A DNA stretch of 35,074 nt from Pseudomonadota bacterium (lineage in GTDB: Bacteria > Pseudomonadota > Gammaproteobacteria > Steroidobacterales > Woeseiaceae). The stretch's first letter is position 1, and each line of letters begins with the position of its first letter. A program made the translations under genes and the position numbers. Below, one piece after another: positions 1 to 8,259 of this stretch. Location of the stretch: the NCBI GenBank assembly GCA_038533035.1, contig JBCAZN010000001.1:1-35074 (forward strand), read 5' to 3'. The notes below the pieces were generated by a model, which worked only from the letters and a program-made list of their open reading frames with translations, was not told the origin of the DNA and searched no databases.

Positions 1-882
1 TTGATTGTGGGCGCCTTTGCCGAGCGCATGCGATTTTCGGCGATGTTGTTATTCAGCGTGCTGTGGCTCGTATTTGTCTACATTCCGGTCGCACATTGGG
101 TCTGGGGCGGTGGCTGGCTTGCAGAGCTTGGGTTTATGGATTTCGCAGGCGGTGCCGTTGTACACATTAATGCGGGTGTCGCGGCGCTTGTCGCCGCGTT
201 GGTCATCGGCAATCGCCGTGGATTTCCGAAGACACCGATGGCACCCCACAACCTGCCCTGGACGGTTGCCGGCGCGTGCATGCTTTGGGTCGGCTGGTTT
301 GGATTCAATGCGGGCAGCGCGGTCGCTGCGGATGGCGCGGCCGGCATGGCGATGCTCGTTACACACCTCGGCGCTGCATCGGGCTCACTTGCGTGGATGG
401 CGGCCGAGTGGATTCGTTTTGGAAAGCCGAGCGTCCTGGGCATCGTTACGGGCATGGTCGCCGGGCTTGGCACAATCACCCCGGCGTCGGGTTACGTGGG
501 GCCAGGCGGCGCAATCTTCATTGGTTTGGCCGCGGGCATCGTGTGCTTCTACGCGACGATGTTGATCAAACGTAGATTCGAGATCGACGACTCCCTCGAT
601 GTCTTCCCTGTGCATGGCGTAGGCGGCATGCTGGGAATCCTGTTGACCGCGGTGTTCGCCAGCGCCGAATACGGCGGTCTCGGGCTCGCAGATGGTGTGA
701 GTATCGGCCAGCAATTTGGTGTTCAGGCCATCGGAATGGTCGCCACTATTGTCTGGTGCGGTGTCATCACCTTCTTACTACTTAAGATCGTCGATAAGCT
801 GACAGCGCTGCGCGTATCCGCTGAAGAAGAAACAAATGGTGTCGACCTGACCGAGCACGACGAACGCGGCTACGACATCTAG
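1..882 (+). CDS. amtB: Ammonium transporter (Amt/MEP family), 5'-truncated at the window edge
   Basis: The ORF is open from base 1, so the real start lies upstream. It gives 293 aa of polytopic membrane sequence with Amt-type stretches (FAGGAVVHINAGVAALVAALVIG; DDSLDVFPVHGVGGMLG). Stop TAG at 880-882. Confidence 0.9.
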   Translation: MIVGAFAERMRFSAMLLFSVLWLVFVYIPVAHWVWGGGWLAELGFMDFAGGAVVHINAGVAALVAALVIGNRRGFPKTPMAPHNLPWTVAGACMLWVGWFGFNAGSAVAADGAAGMAMLVTHLGAASGSLAWMAAEWIRFGKPSVLGIVTGMVAGLGTITPASGYVGPGGAIFIGLAAGIVCFYATMLIKRRFEIDDSLDVFPVHGVGGMLGILLTAVFASAEYGGLGLADGVSIGQQFGVQAIGMVATIVWCGVITFLLLKIVDKLTALRVSAEEETNGVDLTEHDERGYDI

Positions 883-890
883 GCCCCTTG

Positions 891-917
891 GACGAGGGGG
901 CGCTCTGCCCCCTCGTC
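891..917 (+). terminator. GC-rich hairpin 9 nt after the amtB stop (possible terminator, no U-tract)
   Basis: Perfect 11-bp stem GACGAGGGGGC / GCCCCCTCGTC with a 5-nt loop (GCTCT). The downstream sequence TAACAATC is not T-rich, so the intrinsic-terminator call is tentative. Confidence 0.4.
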
Positions 918-1080
918 TAACAATCAGGACTTCAACAGCCCATCCCCATTTGCTGCGGTCCGGTGTCGGGCACCATATCGCCATGGCTTCTATTCAGCTG
1001 CGGTACAGCCGTGCGGCCGTATAAGGCTCTGCTAGCGTTGGGGATTACCGGGCGACTTACACAGGAAAAGGACACACATT

Positions 1081-1650
1081 ATGAAAAATTACTTCGCAGG
1101 GGCACTGCTGGTCATGATGTCAACGTCGGCTCTGGCCGAGCAGCCTAGCTACGACTACTTCCAGCTAACCTGGCAGACGGTCGAACTCGACGACAGCTTC
1201 ATCGATGTCGATGGCGACGGATTCGGCCTTAGCGGCTCGTTCGAGGTTGGCCAGGACTGGCACATCATTGCCGGTTACAGCGACACTGGCCTCGACTTTG
1301 GCGTTGACCTCAAGGAATTCGCAATCGGCGGTGGTTACCACACAGAAATTGCGCCGAACACCAGCATGTTCGCGAACCTTCTGTGGGTCAACTTCGATGT
1401 ATCGGCAAGCGGCTTCGGTTCGGCCGATGAGTCGGGCCTGGGCGCGTCGGTTGGCGTGCGCAGCAATGTCACCGACAAGGTCGAGCTCGCCGGCTCAATC
1501 TCTTATGTCGATCTGGGTGGCGGCGCAGACGGAACCTCGTTTGGCGTCGGCGCGTGGTACCACTTCACGGACGCGTTCTCCCTGGGCGTCATCGGCGATT
1601 TTGACGACGACGTTACGGCCTTCGGCATCGGTGGACGGTTCTTCTTCTAG
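1081..1650 (+). CDS. Small outer-membrane beta-barrel protein (OmpW/OmpA-like barrel family)
   Basis: Signal peptide MKNYFAGALLVMMSTSALA|EQ. Alternating hydrophobic/Gly-rich beta-strand pattern with aromatic girdle residues. C-terminal GGRFFF, typical of OMP terminal-Phe sorting signals. AAGGA lies 9 nt upstream of the ATG. Confidence 0.7.
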   Translation: MKNYFAGALLVMMSTSALAEQPSYDYFQLTWQTVELDDSFIDVDGDGFGLSGSFEVGQDWHIIAGYSDTGLDFGVDLKEFAIGGGYHTEIAPNTSMFANLLWVNFDVSASGFGSADESGLGASVGVRSNVTDKVELAGSISYVDLGGGADGTSFGVGAWYHFTDAFSLGVIGDFDDDVTAFGIGGRFFF

Positions 1651-1667
1651 CCGGTCCGTCTAGCGAG

Positions 1668-3056
1668 TTACGGATGGAAGCGCGGTTCGGTGATGTCGAT
1701 TTCGGTGACATCACCGTACTGCGCGACCTGCTCGCGAATCTTCTCGGCGTCGCCAATTAATACAAACACGAGCTCGTCCGGCGCCGGGTATACCTCGTCG
1801 ATAACGGCGGCAATCGACTCAGTAGTCGCCGCAGTAAGGTTCGCACCGTATTCGGTGACGTAACTTTTCTCGAGACCGTATAGCTCGAGCATGGCGTACA
1901 GGCCGGCGATCTGCGCGGCCGTCTCGAAGCGCGGTGGATACTGCCCCATCACATAGTTGCGCGCCGACAGCAGCATCTCGTCATCGAGTCCGGCGTCCTG
2001 GAATTGTCCGAGCGTGGCCAGCGCGACGTCGATCGCCGCGACTGTAGTTCCGGTTTCTGTGAACGACGTGATGAACACCGAGCCCGGCTGACGGTGCCGC
2101 GCGAGACTTGAGCGTGCCGAGTAACTCAGCCCGGACTTGGTCCGCAACTCGGTAACCAGCATAGACGTAAAGCGACCGCCAAATACCGTGTTGGCGAGAT
2201 CGAGCTCTGCGCGCTGCGCATAGTTTCTCGCCACACCCACATTGCCGATCGAAAAGTAAGTTTGGGTCGCGTCTGGCTTGTTGACCAGGTAAACACGCCC
2301 GCCGGCGGCCGGCGGCGGTGCGTCCACTGTAGTCGGCTCTCCGCTCGCTGCCTCCCAGTCGCCAAAGGCCTCCGTCAGCAATACCTGCATCGTCATTGCA
2401 TCGAAGTCGCCCGACACAGCGACCGTCAGGCGATCGCCACCAAAGTGGTCGTTGTAATAAGCAACTACATCACTGCGCGAAATCGCCGCAAGCGACGCTT
2501 CGCTGCCACCCGGCGGGTTGCCGTAGGCGTGATCGCCGAACAGGAACGCATTCGCATAGTCCGACAGCAGCTCGCTCGGGTCCGAGCTTTTCGCCGACTT
2601 GATAAGGTTGATCGAGCGCTCGCGCAGTTTGGCGAACTCACTTTGAGCCAAGGTAGGACGCCGCAACATGTCGGCCAGCAGCTCAACCATGAGCGCCGCG
2701 TCCTTCGCCATAAAATCGGCAGACACATAGATGGCCTCACGCCCGGCTGCAGCTCTGATCTCACCGCCGACGGCCTCGGCGGCCTCAACGAACTCGGCAG
2801 CGGACCGCTCACCGGCGCCCTTGCTGAGCAACCCGGCAAGGAGGTTGGCAAGGCCGTGCTTGTCGGGCGGATCCGCCACGGCGCCACCGGCAACGGTCGC
2901 CTCGAGACCGATGAGCGGCACGTCGTGCTTTTCGATCAGGATCAGGGTGGTGCCGTTGTCGAGCTCCACGCGCACGGGATCGGGTAACGTTACGCCCTGA
3001 GCCGCGGCGCTGCCGCCGAAAACGATCAGGCAAAGGGCCAGCATATATCGCGTCAT
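1668..3056 (-). CDS. M16 (pitrilysin/insulinase) family peptidase, non-catalytic-type subunit, secreted
   Basis: 462 aa with signal peptide MTRYMLALCLIVFGGSAAA|QG. M16 two-domain layout, but the HxxEH position is degenerate (GLANLLAGLLSKGAG). The ATG overlaps the upstream gene's stop as ATGA (3053-3056). Confidence 0.85.
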   Translation of the reverse strand: MTRYMLALCLIVFGGSAAAQGVTLPDPVRVELDNGTTLILIEKHDVPLIGLEATVAGGAVADPPDKHGLANLLAGLLSKGAGERSAAEFVEAAEAVGGEIRAAAGREAIYVSADFMAKDAALMVELLADMLRRPTLAQSEFAKLRERSINLIKSAKSSDPSELLSDYANAFLFGDHAYGNPPGGSEASLAAISRSDVVAYYNDHFGGDRLTVAVSGDFDAMTMQVLLTEAFGDWEAASGEPTTVDAPPPAAGGRVYLVNKPDATQTYFSIGNVGVARNYAQRAELDLANTVFGGRFTSMLVTELRTKSGLSYSARSSLARHRQPGSVFITSFTETGTTVAAIDVALATLGQFQDAGLDDEMLLSARNYVMGQYPPRFETAAQIAGLYAMLELYGLEKSYVTEYGANLTAATTESIAAVIDEVYPAPDELVFVLIGDAEKIREQVAQYGDVTEIDITEPRFHP

Positions 3057-4729
3057 TCCTCGCCCTCCGCCGCCTGCAGCACGCCCACGGTCATGCGGCG
3101 CTCATCGAACACCGCCCTGGCCGCGGCCTGGATGTCTTCTATTGAAAGCGCCTCGAGCTTGGCCGGCAGGTCGAAGGCGCGTTCATAGTCCCCGAGGAAC
3201 ACCTCGGCATTGCCCAGCACACTGGCCTTGCCGTTGATCGTTGCAAGGCTGCGCCAGTAGTCCGCCAGCATAATGTTGCGGGCTTTCGCGAGCTCGGCGT
3301 CGGACACGCCCTCGTCGACGATGCTTTGCAATTCCTCGAGCATGCGCGCCTCGACAGCATTTGGATCACCGCCGGGCGGCAGTGTCAGGTAAAAATAGAC
3401 GAGACCCGGATCGAAACCTTCCATCTGGAATCCGCCGACGGCAAGCGCGATCTGCTCGTCTTCGACCAGCCGCTGGTGCAGGCGTGAGGACGCGCCGCCT
3501 GCCAGGACATTCAGGAGCACATTCATCGGCAACGTTTGCGGGTCTGCGGCGCGACCGGCGTGAAACGCCATATGCAAGAGGGGCGTCTGTGTTTCGGCCT
3601 CGACCACAAAATGCCGCGCGCCACGCTGCTCGGGCTCAACCGTCGTCACTGGTTGCGGTGGTTCCTGCGAGGAGATGCCGCCAAAGTAATCGTCAGCCAG
3701 GACAAATATCGCTTCGGCGTCGACATCACCGGTGACGACCATTGTCAGGTTGTTCGGTGCGTAATAGGTCTGGAAAAAACTTTCGAGGTCTTCCTGCGAC
3801 CAGTTTTCGATGTCCGACGGCCAGCCGATCACGGGGAACTGGTACGGGTGTGCAATGAACGCGGTCGCGAGCATCTGTTCGAACAGATGCCCCGACGTGT
3901 CATTGTCGACGCGCAGGCGGCGCTCGGAATAAACCACGCCACGCTCCGACTCAACGACCTCGGGATCGATCGCCAGGTTCTCGAGGCGGTCAGCCTCGAG
4001 CTCGAAAACCACGTCAAGCGCCGAGCGCGGGAACCAGTCCTGATAAACCGTCAGGTCGTTCGAGGTGTACGCATTGTTGGAACCGCCGGCGGCCTCCATC
4101 TCGCTATCGAAAGCACCCTGCTCGCGCTTCTTGGTGCCGTTGAACATCATGTGCTCAAAAAAGTGCGACAGACCGGTAATGCCCGGGTACTCATTGCGAC
4201 CGCCGGCACGCACGAAGTTGTAAAGCACGACATTCGGTATGTCGTGGTCAGGCCAGACAATCATGCGCAGACCGTTGTCGAGTGTGTACGAGCGGATTTC
4301 CTGAGGCACGTCGGGGTTGTTTGGCGACTCGTACAGCGGCTCGCGCACCAGCGGTACAATTTCTTCAACCGTTGGGAACTCGAAGGTCGGCATCAGTCGC
4401 TCGCCGATCAGGGCGAGCGCGCCGAGAACGACCAGCACCGCAACAGCGGCATTCAGCTTCTGGCCGGTCTTGAAAACGATCGACTGCGTCTGGTCGACAT
4501 CGAGCGTCTTCTTGATGCCGGCTGGCGTGATCTCGTAGGTCCACGCGAAGATCAACGCAACCGGAAAACCGATCGCCAGCACCAGCAACACGAACTCATT
4601 GGCCCAGGCAGGTGCGCCCGCCGCAGTCAGCGGTCCGCCGACCAGCCACAGGAGTAGCATGGCCGCGAGCAAATAGGTGAGCGCCACCTTGAGGACGTTG
4701 CGACGCCTCAGTTCGGAGAACAAAGCCAT
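3053..4729 (-). CDS. M16 family zinc peptidase (catalytic HxxEH subunit) with an N-terminal ~110-aa membrane module
   Basis: 558 aa. Inverted zinc motif HFFEHMMFNGT and a downstream E-rich region (YSERR). The N-terminus MALFSELRRRNVLKVALTYLLAAMLLLWLV... has about 3 TM segments preceding the peptidase domains. Confidence 0.9.
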   Translation of the reverse strand: MALFSELRRRNVLKVALTYLLAAMLLLWLVGGPLTAAGAPAWANEFVLLVLAIGFPVALIFAWTYEITPAGIKKTLDVDQTQSIVFKTGQKLNAAVAVLVVLGALALIGERLMPTFEFPTVEEIVPLVREPLYESPNNPDVPQEIRSYTLDNGLRMIVWPDHDIPNVVLYNFVRAGGRNEYPGITGLSHFFEHMMFNGTKKREQGAFDSEMEAAGGSNNAYTSNDLTVYQDWFPRSALDVVFELEADRLENLAIDPEVVESERGVVYSERRLRVDNDTSGHLFEQMLATAFIAHPYQFPVIGWPSDIENWSQEDLESFFQTYYAPNNLTMVVTGDVDAEAIFVLADDYFGGISSQEPPQPVTTVEPEQRGARHFVVEAETQTPLLHMAFHAGRAADPQTLPMNVLLNVLAGGASSRLHQRLVEDEQIALAVGGFQMEGFDPGLVYFYLTLPPGGDPNAVEARMLEELQSIVDEGVSDAELAKARNIMLADYWRSLATINGKASVLGNAEVFLGDYERAFDLPAKLEALSIEDIQAAARAVFDERRMTVGVLQAAEGEE

Positions 4730-4759
4730 AGAGTTATTCTTGTCGCCGGGCGCCCAATG

Positions 4760-5938
4760 TTAGCCCAGCAGGCCCTCGCGACGGTAGAGGCGCGCGCATA
4801 CCCAGGTCAGGAGCGCACCGATTGCGAGGGTGCTGACCACGGAAATGGCGACATGCGTGGGGTTCAGCGGTTCGTTCTTGACCATATCGACCAGGATCAG
4901 GTGCTGGCTGAGACTGGGTATAAACATGAATTCAAGCCGCGGGCGCAAAGTCAGGATGCTCACGATCAGGATCGGCAGCGTGGGTGCGATAAGTACCACG
5001 CTGAGCCAGGTCTGCGCCTCCTTGTAACTCTTCGTGAACGAAGCCACGAGCGTCATCAGCGATGCGCCGAGAACGATAAACGGGACCAGCAACAGGAATG
5101 CCGCCGCGACTACCGTCAACGAGAAGTTTGGCGTCATACCGAGCTGTTCAAGCGGCATGAATTTAAGCACCACATAAAACGACAACAGGCTCAGCAGCAG
5201 CGAGAACGACATGAACACGCAGGTCGCTGCAATCTTGCCGAGAATAAGCTGGCCGCGCGTAACCGGCAGCGACAGCAGTGGCTCGAGTGAACCACGCTCA
5301 CGCTCGCCGGCCGTTGTATCGATCGCGAGATACATGCCGCCCATGAGCAGTGCAAAGATAAAGAAGTAACTCATCATGCCGAGCAGCATGGCCGAACGAC
5401 CGCTGGGTGTTGAGACATCGATATCGTCGACATTGAGCGGCCGCAGCAGCATCGGATTAACGCCGCGCGCCGACAATCGGCCCGAGGCAATTTCCTGGTT
5501 GTAGGCATACAGCGCGCGCCGGGCACGCCGGGCATCGCGCTCGCCGGTCGTGTTCGCCTGGTCCGAGTACACGGCGACCCTCGCAGGAATCATGTCCGCA
5601 AGCTGTTCTCCGAAAGTTTCGGGAATAAACAACACCACGTCGTGCACGCCGGTTTTCACGGCGTCTGCGGCGGCGGCGGCGTCCTCGGGGCCTTCTACAA
5701 TGTCGATATTGCGGCTTTCGAGGTAACGCACCAGATTGGGCGCATGCTCGGCCCCGATTACGGGCAGCTCCATGGGCTGCTCGGCACTTTCGATGCTGCG
5801 TTCGATCGACAGGTTAATGACGAAAGCGAACAGTACAGGGCCGAAGATCGGACCAAGGATCAGCGCAGACGCGAGTGTGCGGCGGTCACGCAGATTGTCG
5901 ACGATTTCTTTTAAAAAGACGGTGAAAAAGGTTCGCAT
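4760..5938 (-). CDS. ABC-2 type transporter permease (NatB-like)
   Basis: 392 aa. N-terminus MRTFFTVFLKEIVDNLRDRRTL followed by a TM segment, a large extracytoplasmic loop, then 5 C-terminal TM segments, which is NatB/ABC-2 topology. The ATG overlaps the upstream ATPase stop by 1 nt (TAATG). Confidence 0.8.
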   Translation of the reverse strand: MRTFFTVFLKEIVDNLRDRRTLASALILGPIFGPVLFAFVINLSIERSIESAEQPMELPVIGAEHAPNLVRYLESRNIDIVEGPEDAAAAADAVKTGVHDVVLFIPETFGEQLADMIPARVAVYSDQANTTGERDARRARRALYAYNQEIASGRLSARGVNPMLLRPLNVDDIDVSTPSGRSAMLLGMMSYFFIFALLMGGMYLAIDTTAGERERGSLEPLLSLPVTRGQLILGKIAATCVFMSFSLLLSLLSFYVVLKFMPLEQLGMTPNFSLTVVAAAFLLLVPFIVLGASLMTLVASFTKSYKEAQTWLSVVLIAPTLPILIVSILTLRPRLEFMFIPSLSQHLILVDMVKNEPLNPTHVAISVVSTLAIGALLTWVCARLYRREGLLG

Positions 5939-6675
5939 TACTCGTCTCCCACCGTCGGCACCATGCCAATCGCGGCAACGAACGCATCTTCGAGATCATC
6001 GCACCCCGTGCGCTCGCGAATGCCGTCCGCGGAATCGTCGATCGCGACCTGGCCGTTCGCGATGATGCAAATGTCGTCGCAAAGCGCGGCAACCTCCTGC
6101 ATGACATGGCTCGAGAACAAGACGCAGCGGCCGTCGTCGCGCAGCTTCAGGATCAGGTTGCGCAGACTGCGCGTCGCCATGACGTCGAGTCCGTTCGTGG
6201 GTTCGTCAAGGATGACGTTCTGCGGGTTGTGAACGAGTGCGCGCGCGAGCGCCACCTTGGTACGCTGCCCCTGCGAGAAGCCTTTCGTGCGGCGGTCGAC
6301 GAAATCCTCGATTTCGAGCAGTTTTACGATGTCGTTGATGCGATCGCCGATCGTGCCGTTTTCCATGCCGCAAAGTCGCGCGTAGTACTCAATGTTTTCG
6401 CGCGCGGTGAGGTGCGGATACAGGCCGGCGCCATGCGGCAGTGCGCCGATGCGACTGCGCGCGCCGAGACTGTCGGTAACGACATCTGCGCCGTCGATGG
6501 TGGCGTTGCCGCCGTCCGGACGCAGCACCGTGTAGAGAATGCGCAGCGTGGTCGACTTGCCCGCGCCGTTTGGACCAAGCAGCCCGGTAATCTTGCCGTC
6601 CGGCGCGTCGAAGCTGACACCGCGCACGGCGTGCACCTTGCCGAACGACTTGTGGATTTGGTCAACCTTGATCAT
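5938..6675 (-). CDS. ABC transporter ATP-binding protein (NatA-like, ABC-2 subfamily)
   Basis: Walker A GPNGAGKST, signature FSQGQRTKVALARAL, Walker B VILDEPTNGLD. I place the start at MIKVDQIHK (ATG 6675), which forms an ATGA overlap with the upstream hydrolase stop (6672-6675). The track ORF extends to 6732. Confidence 0.9.
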   Translation of the reverse strand: MIKVDQIHKSFGKVHAVRGVSFDAPDGKITGLLGPNGAGKSTTLRILYTVLRPDGGNATIDGADVVTDSLGARSRIGALPHGAGLYPHLTARENIEYYARLCGMENGTIGDRINDIVKLLEIEDFVDRRTKGFSQGQRTKVALARALVHNPQNVILDEPTNGLDVMATRSLRNLILKLRDDGRCVLFSSHVMQEVAALCDDICIIANGQVAIDDSADGIRERTGCDDLEDAFVAAIGMVPTVGDE

Positions 6676-8123
6676 GGCGCCGGCCCCGAAAAGTCCACGA
6701 AGAACGGCATGACGAAACTGCGCTCCATGCAATCGGTGTCCAGTGATTGTGGATCGGCGGTCTCGATAAAGTCTGCAACGATCTCCGGCATACAGCCGAC
6801 GGCAATCTGGCCGTGCCCCTGGTCCTTGCCGATCAGGTGCCGCGCGTTGTCCATGTCGACCATCGCGAGGTTCGCCCAGGACGGTGGCGTGATGGGATCG
6901 ACGTCGCCTGATAGCAGCAGCACCGGCAGGTCTGTTGCGAGCGGTTCTTTGAAGCCGTCGTCGATCGGGCCGGCCGGCCAGATTGAGCAGATCGCCTCGA
7001 GCGCATCGAGCTGCAGTGGTCCCATGTAACTGGCGGCCAGCGCGTCGTAGTCGATGGTTTCAGGATCGAAGAACGGTACATCCTCGCTGCACATGACGCT
7101 GTTGTGCATGCCCAGCGACAGCGCGTCGGTCAAAGAGATCATCGTCATGAGGTATTGCGAAGCGAGCGGCACGTAATGGCCTTCACCGGCTTCGTGGATG
7201 AGCAGCGGCATCAGCGCAATTGACCTCGGGCTGTAGGCCAGCAATCGGATGGCGACGGCAAACTCGTTCTGCCCAAAGGCGAAAGCCTCCGGCCGTCCCG
7301 TGCTTGGATGTGGCGCCACGACATCGACGGGTGCGTCGGTCAGGCGCGCCAGCACATCGTCGAATGTCTGGTCGATGTTCGGGAAGTGCTCGCTGCAAGC
7401 GGTATCGTCAAGGCAGCGCCCCAGAATGTTGTCGACCGCCGCCTGGCTTTCGGTCGCAATTTCCGGGCCCAGCGATTTTTGCGGCGGAACGACGACGTCG
7501 ATCGTAATCGTGCGAGTGTGCTGCGGATACTGGCGCGCATAGTGTTGCGCGACACGCGAGCCGTACGACACGCCGTACAGATTCAAAGCGGGGTAGCCGA
7601 GCGCTTCGCGCACGGCATCGAGATCCTGTACGGCGACCGACGTCGTAAAAAAGCGCGCATCGTGTGGTAGCTCATCGAGACATTGCTGCGTGTACTTGAT
7701 CGTGAGCTCCGTCGAGTACTGTCCTTCGACAAGATCGTCGTCAAACTCACAGTCCATCGTCGCCGAATCGCCCGTGCCGCGCTGGTCGACCAGCAGAATG
7801 TCGCGATTGCGGCGCACGGGCTCGAACGCCGACGAATAGGCGGTGTAGAACTGCACGGAGCCCTGTCCGGGGCCGCCCGCAATCGGCACGACAGGGTCGG
7901 TCTCCGGCGTCAGGTTGAGCGCGGGAACAACCGCAACACGCAGCTCGATGTCGCCTTCTACCTGGCCGCTCGGATCGAGCGGCCGCGTGAGCATCCCGCA
8001 GCGGGCTTTCATGCTTGGCATGCCCGAGCCGGCGCTGATGCGGCAATCGTCAAGCTCTAGGGTTTGTGCTGTGGCCGGCCCCACGAGGAGCAGTGCCAGC
8101 AGCGGCAATAGGGTGCGGATCAT
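6672..8123 (-). CDS. Secreted alpha/beta hydrolase, S33 (proline iminopeptidase / TAP tripeptidyl-aminopeptidase-like) family
   Basis: 483 aa with signal peptide MIRTLLPLLALLLVGPATA|Q. GGPGQ oxyanion region, DQRGTGDS, nucleophile elbow GVSYGS, and a C-terminal TAP-like region (LLLSGDVDPITP ... GHG). Confidence 0.8.
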   Translation of the reverse strand: MIRTLLPLLALLLVGPATAQTLELDDCRISAGSGMPSMKARCGMLTRPLDPSGQVEGDIELRVAVVPALNLTPETDPVVPIAGGPGQGSVQFYTAYSSAFEPVRRNRDILLVDQRGTGDSATMDCEFDDDLVEGQYSTELTIKYTQQCLDELPHDARFFTTSVAVQDLDAVREALGYPALNLYGVSYGSRVAQHYARQYPQHTRTITIDVVVPPQKSLGPEIATESQAAVDNILGRCLDDTACSEHFPNIDQTFDDVLARLTDAPVDVVAPHPSTGRPEAFAFGQNEFAVAIRLLAYSPRSIALMPLLIHEAGEGHYVPLASQYLMTMISLTDALSLGMHNSVMCSEDVPFFDPETIDYDALAASYMGPLQLDALEAICSIWPAGPIDDGFKEPLATDLPVLLLSGDVDPITPPSWANLAMVDMDNARHLIGKDQGHGQIAVGCMPEIVADFIETADPQSLDTDCMERSFVMPFFVDFSGPAP

Positions 8124-8259
8124 GAAAGGCCCTGCAGCAATCGAGCGGCTATCTTGGACAAGCGCTTATAATTAGTAAAGTTTCACTGGCGCGAAGGCCT
8201 TGCCAAGTCTAGAATTCGCGCCCCTTGCTGGTTACTTTTTGATCAATGTTCCTTATCCG

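Noticed and set aside
963-1148. A 61-aa ORF in the amtB-OMP intergenic region, considered as a possible small protein or leader.
   Set aside because: It overlaps the start of the well-supported OMP gene in another frame. It has no SD and no coding-like third-position bias or recognisable motif.
3536-4657. Long antisense ORFs opposite recognised genes. Examples: 3536-4657 (+, 373 aa), 6106-7029 (+, 307 aa), 10813-11349 (-), 16647-17459 (-, 270 aa), 24672-25916 (-, 414 aa) and 33916-34539 (-, 207 aa).
   Set aside because: They are typical high-GC shadow ORFs. Their translations are Arg/Ala/Gly/Pro/His-rich low-complexity sequence with no recognisable motifs. The opposite strand in each case encodes a full-length protein with clear family signatures (M16, ABC ATPase, SBP, cytochrome c4/MBL, DUF58, AtpF/AtpH).
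8124-8259. Possible oriC or DnaA-box cluster next to mnmG (gidA), as in E. coli.
   Set aside because: There is only one partial box (TTATCCGAT at about 8251) and no cluster of TTATCCACA/TGTGGATAA, no AT-rich 13-mer repeats and no GATC clustering. Another lone 7/9 match (TGTGGATCT at about 31732) is also isolated. In Pseudomonas-type chromosomes oriC lies by dnaA/rpmH, not here.
8200-8259. N-terminal extensions of track ORFs: mnmG from 8200, SBP from 10129, cytochrome c4 from 16371, DUF945 to 16546, ABC ATPase to 6732, DUF4350 from 22808 and atpI from 31881.
   Set aside because: The extensions encode non-homologous, often Arg/Cys-rich sequence. Internal starts give canonical N-termini (FAD motif, lipoprotein or signal peptides, Walker-domain spacing). 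They also give better SD sites or 4-nt overlaps with the upstream stop.
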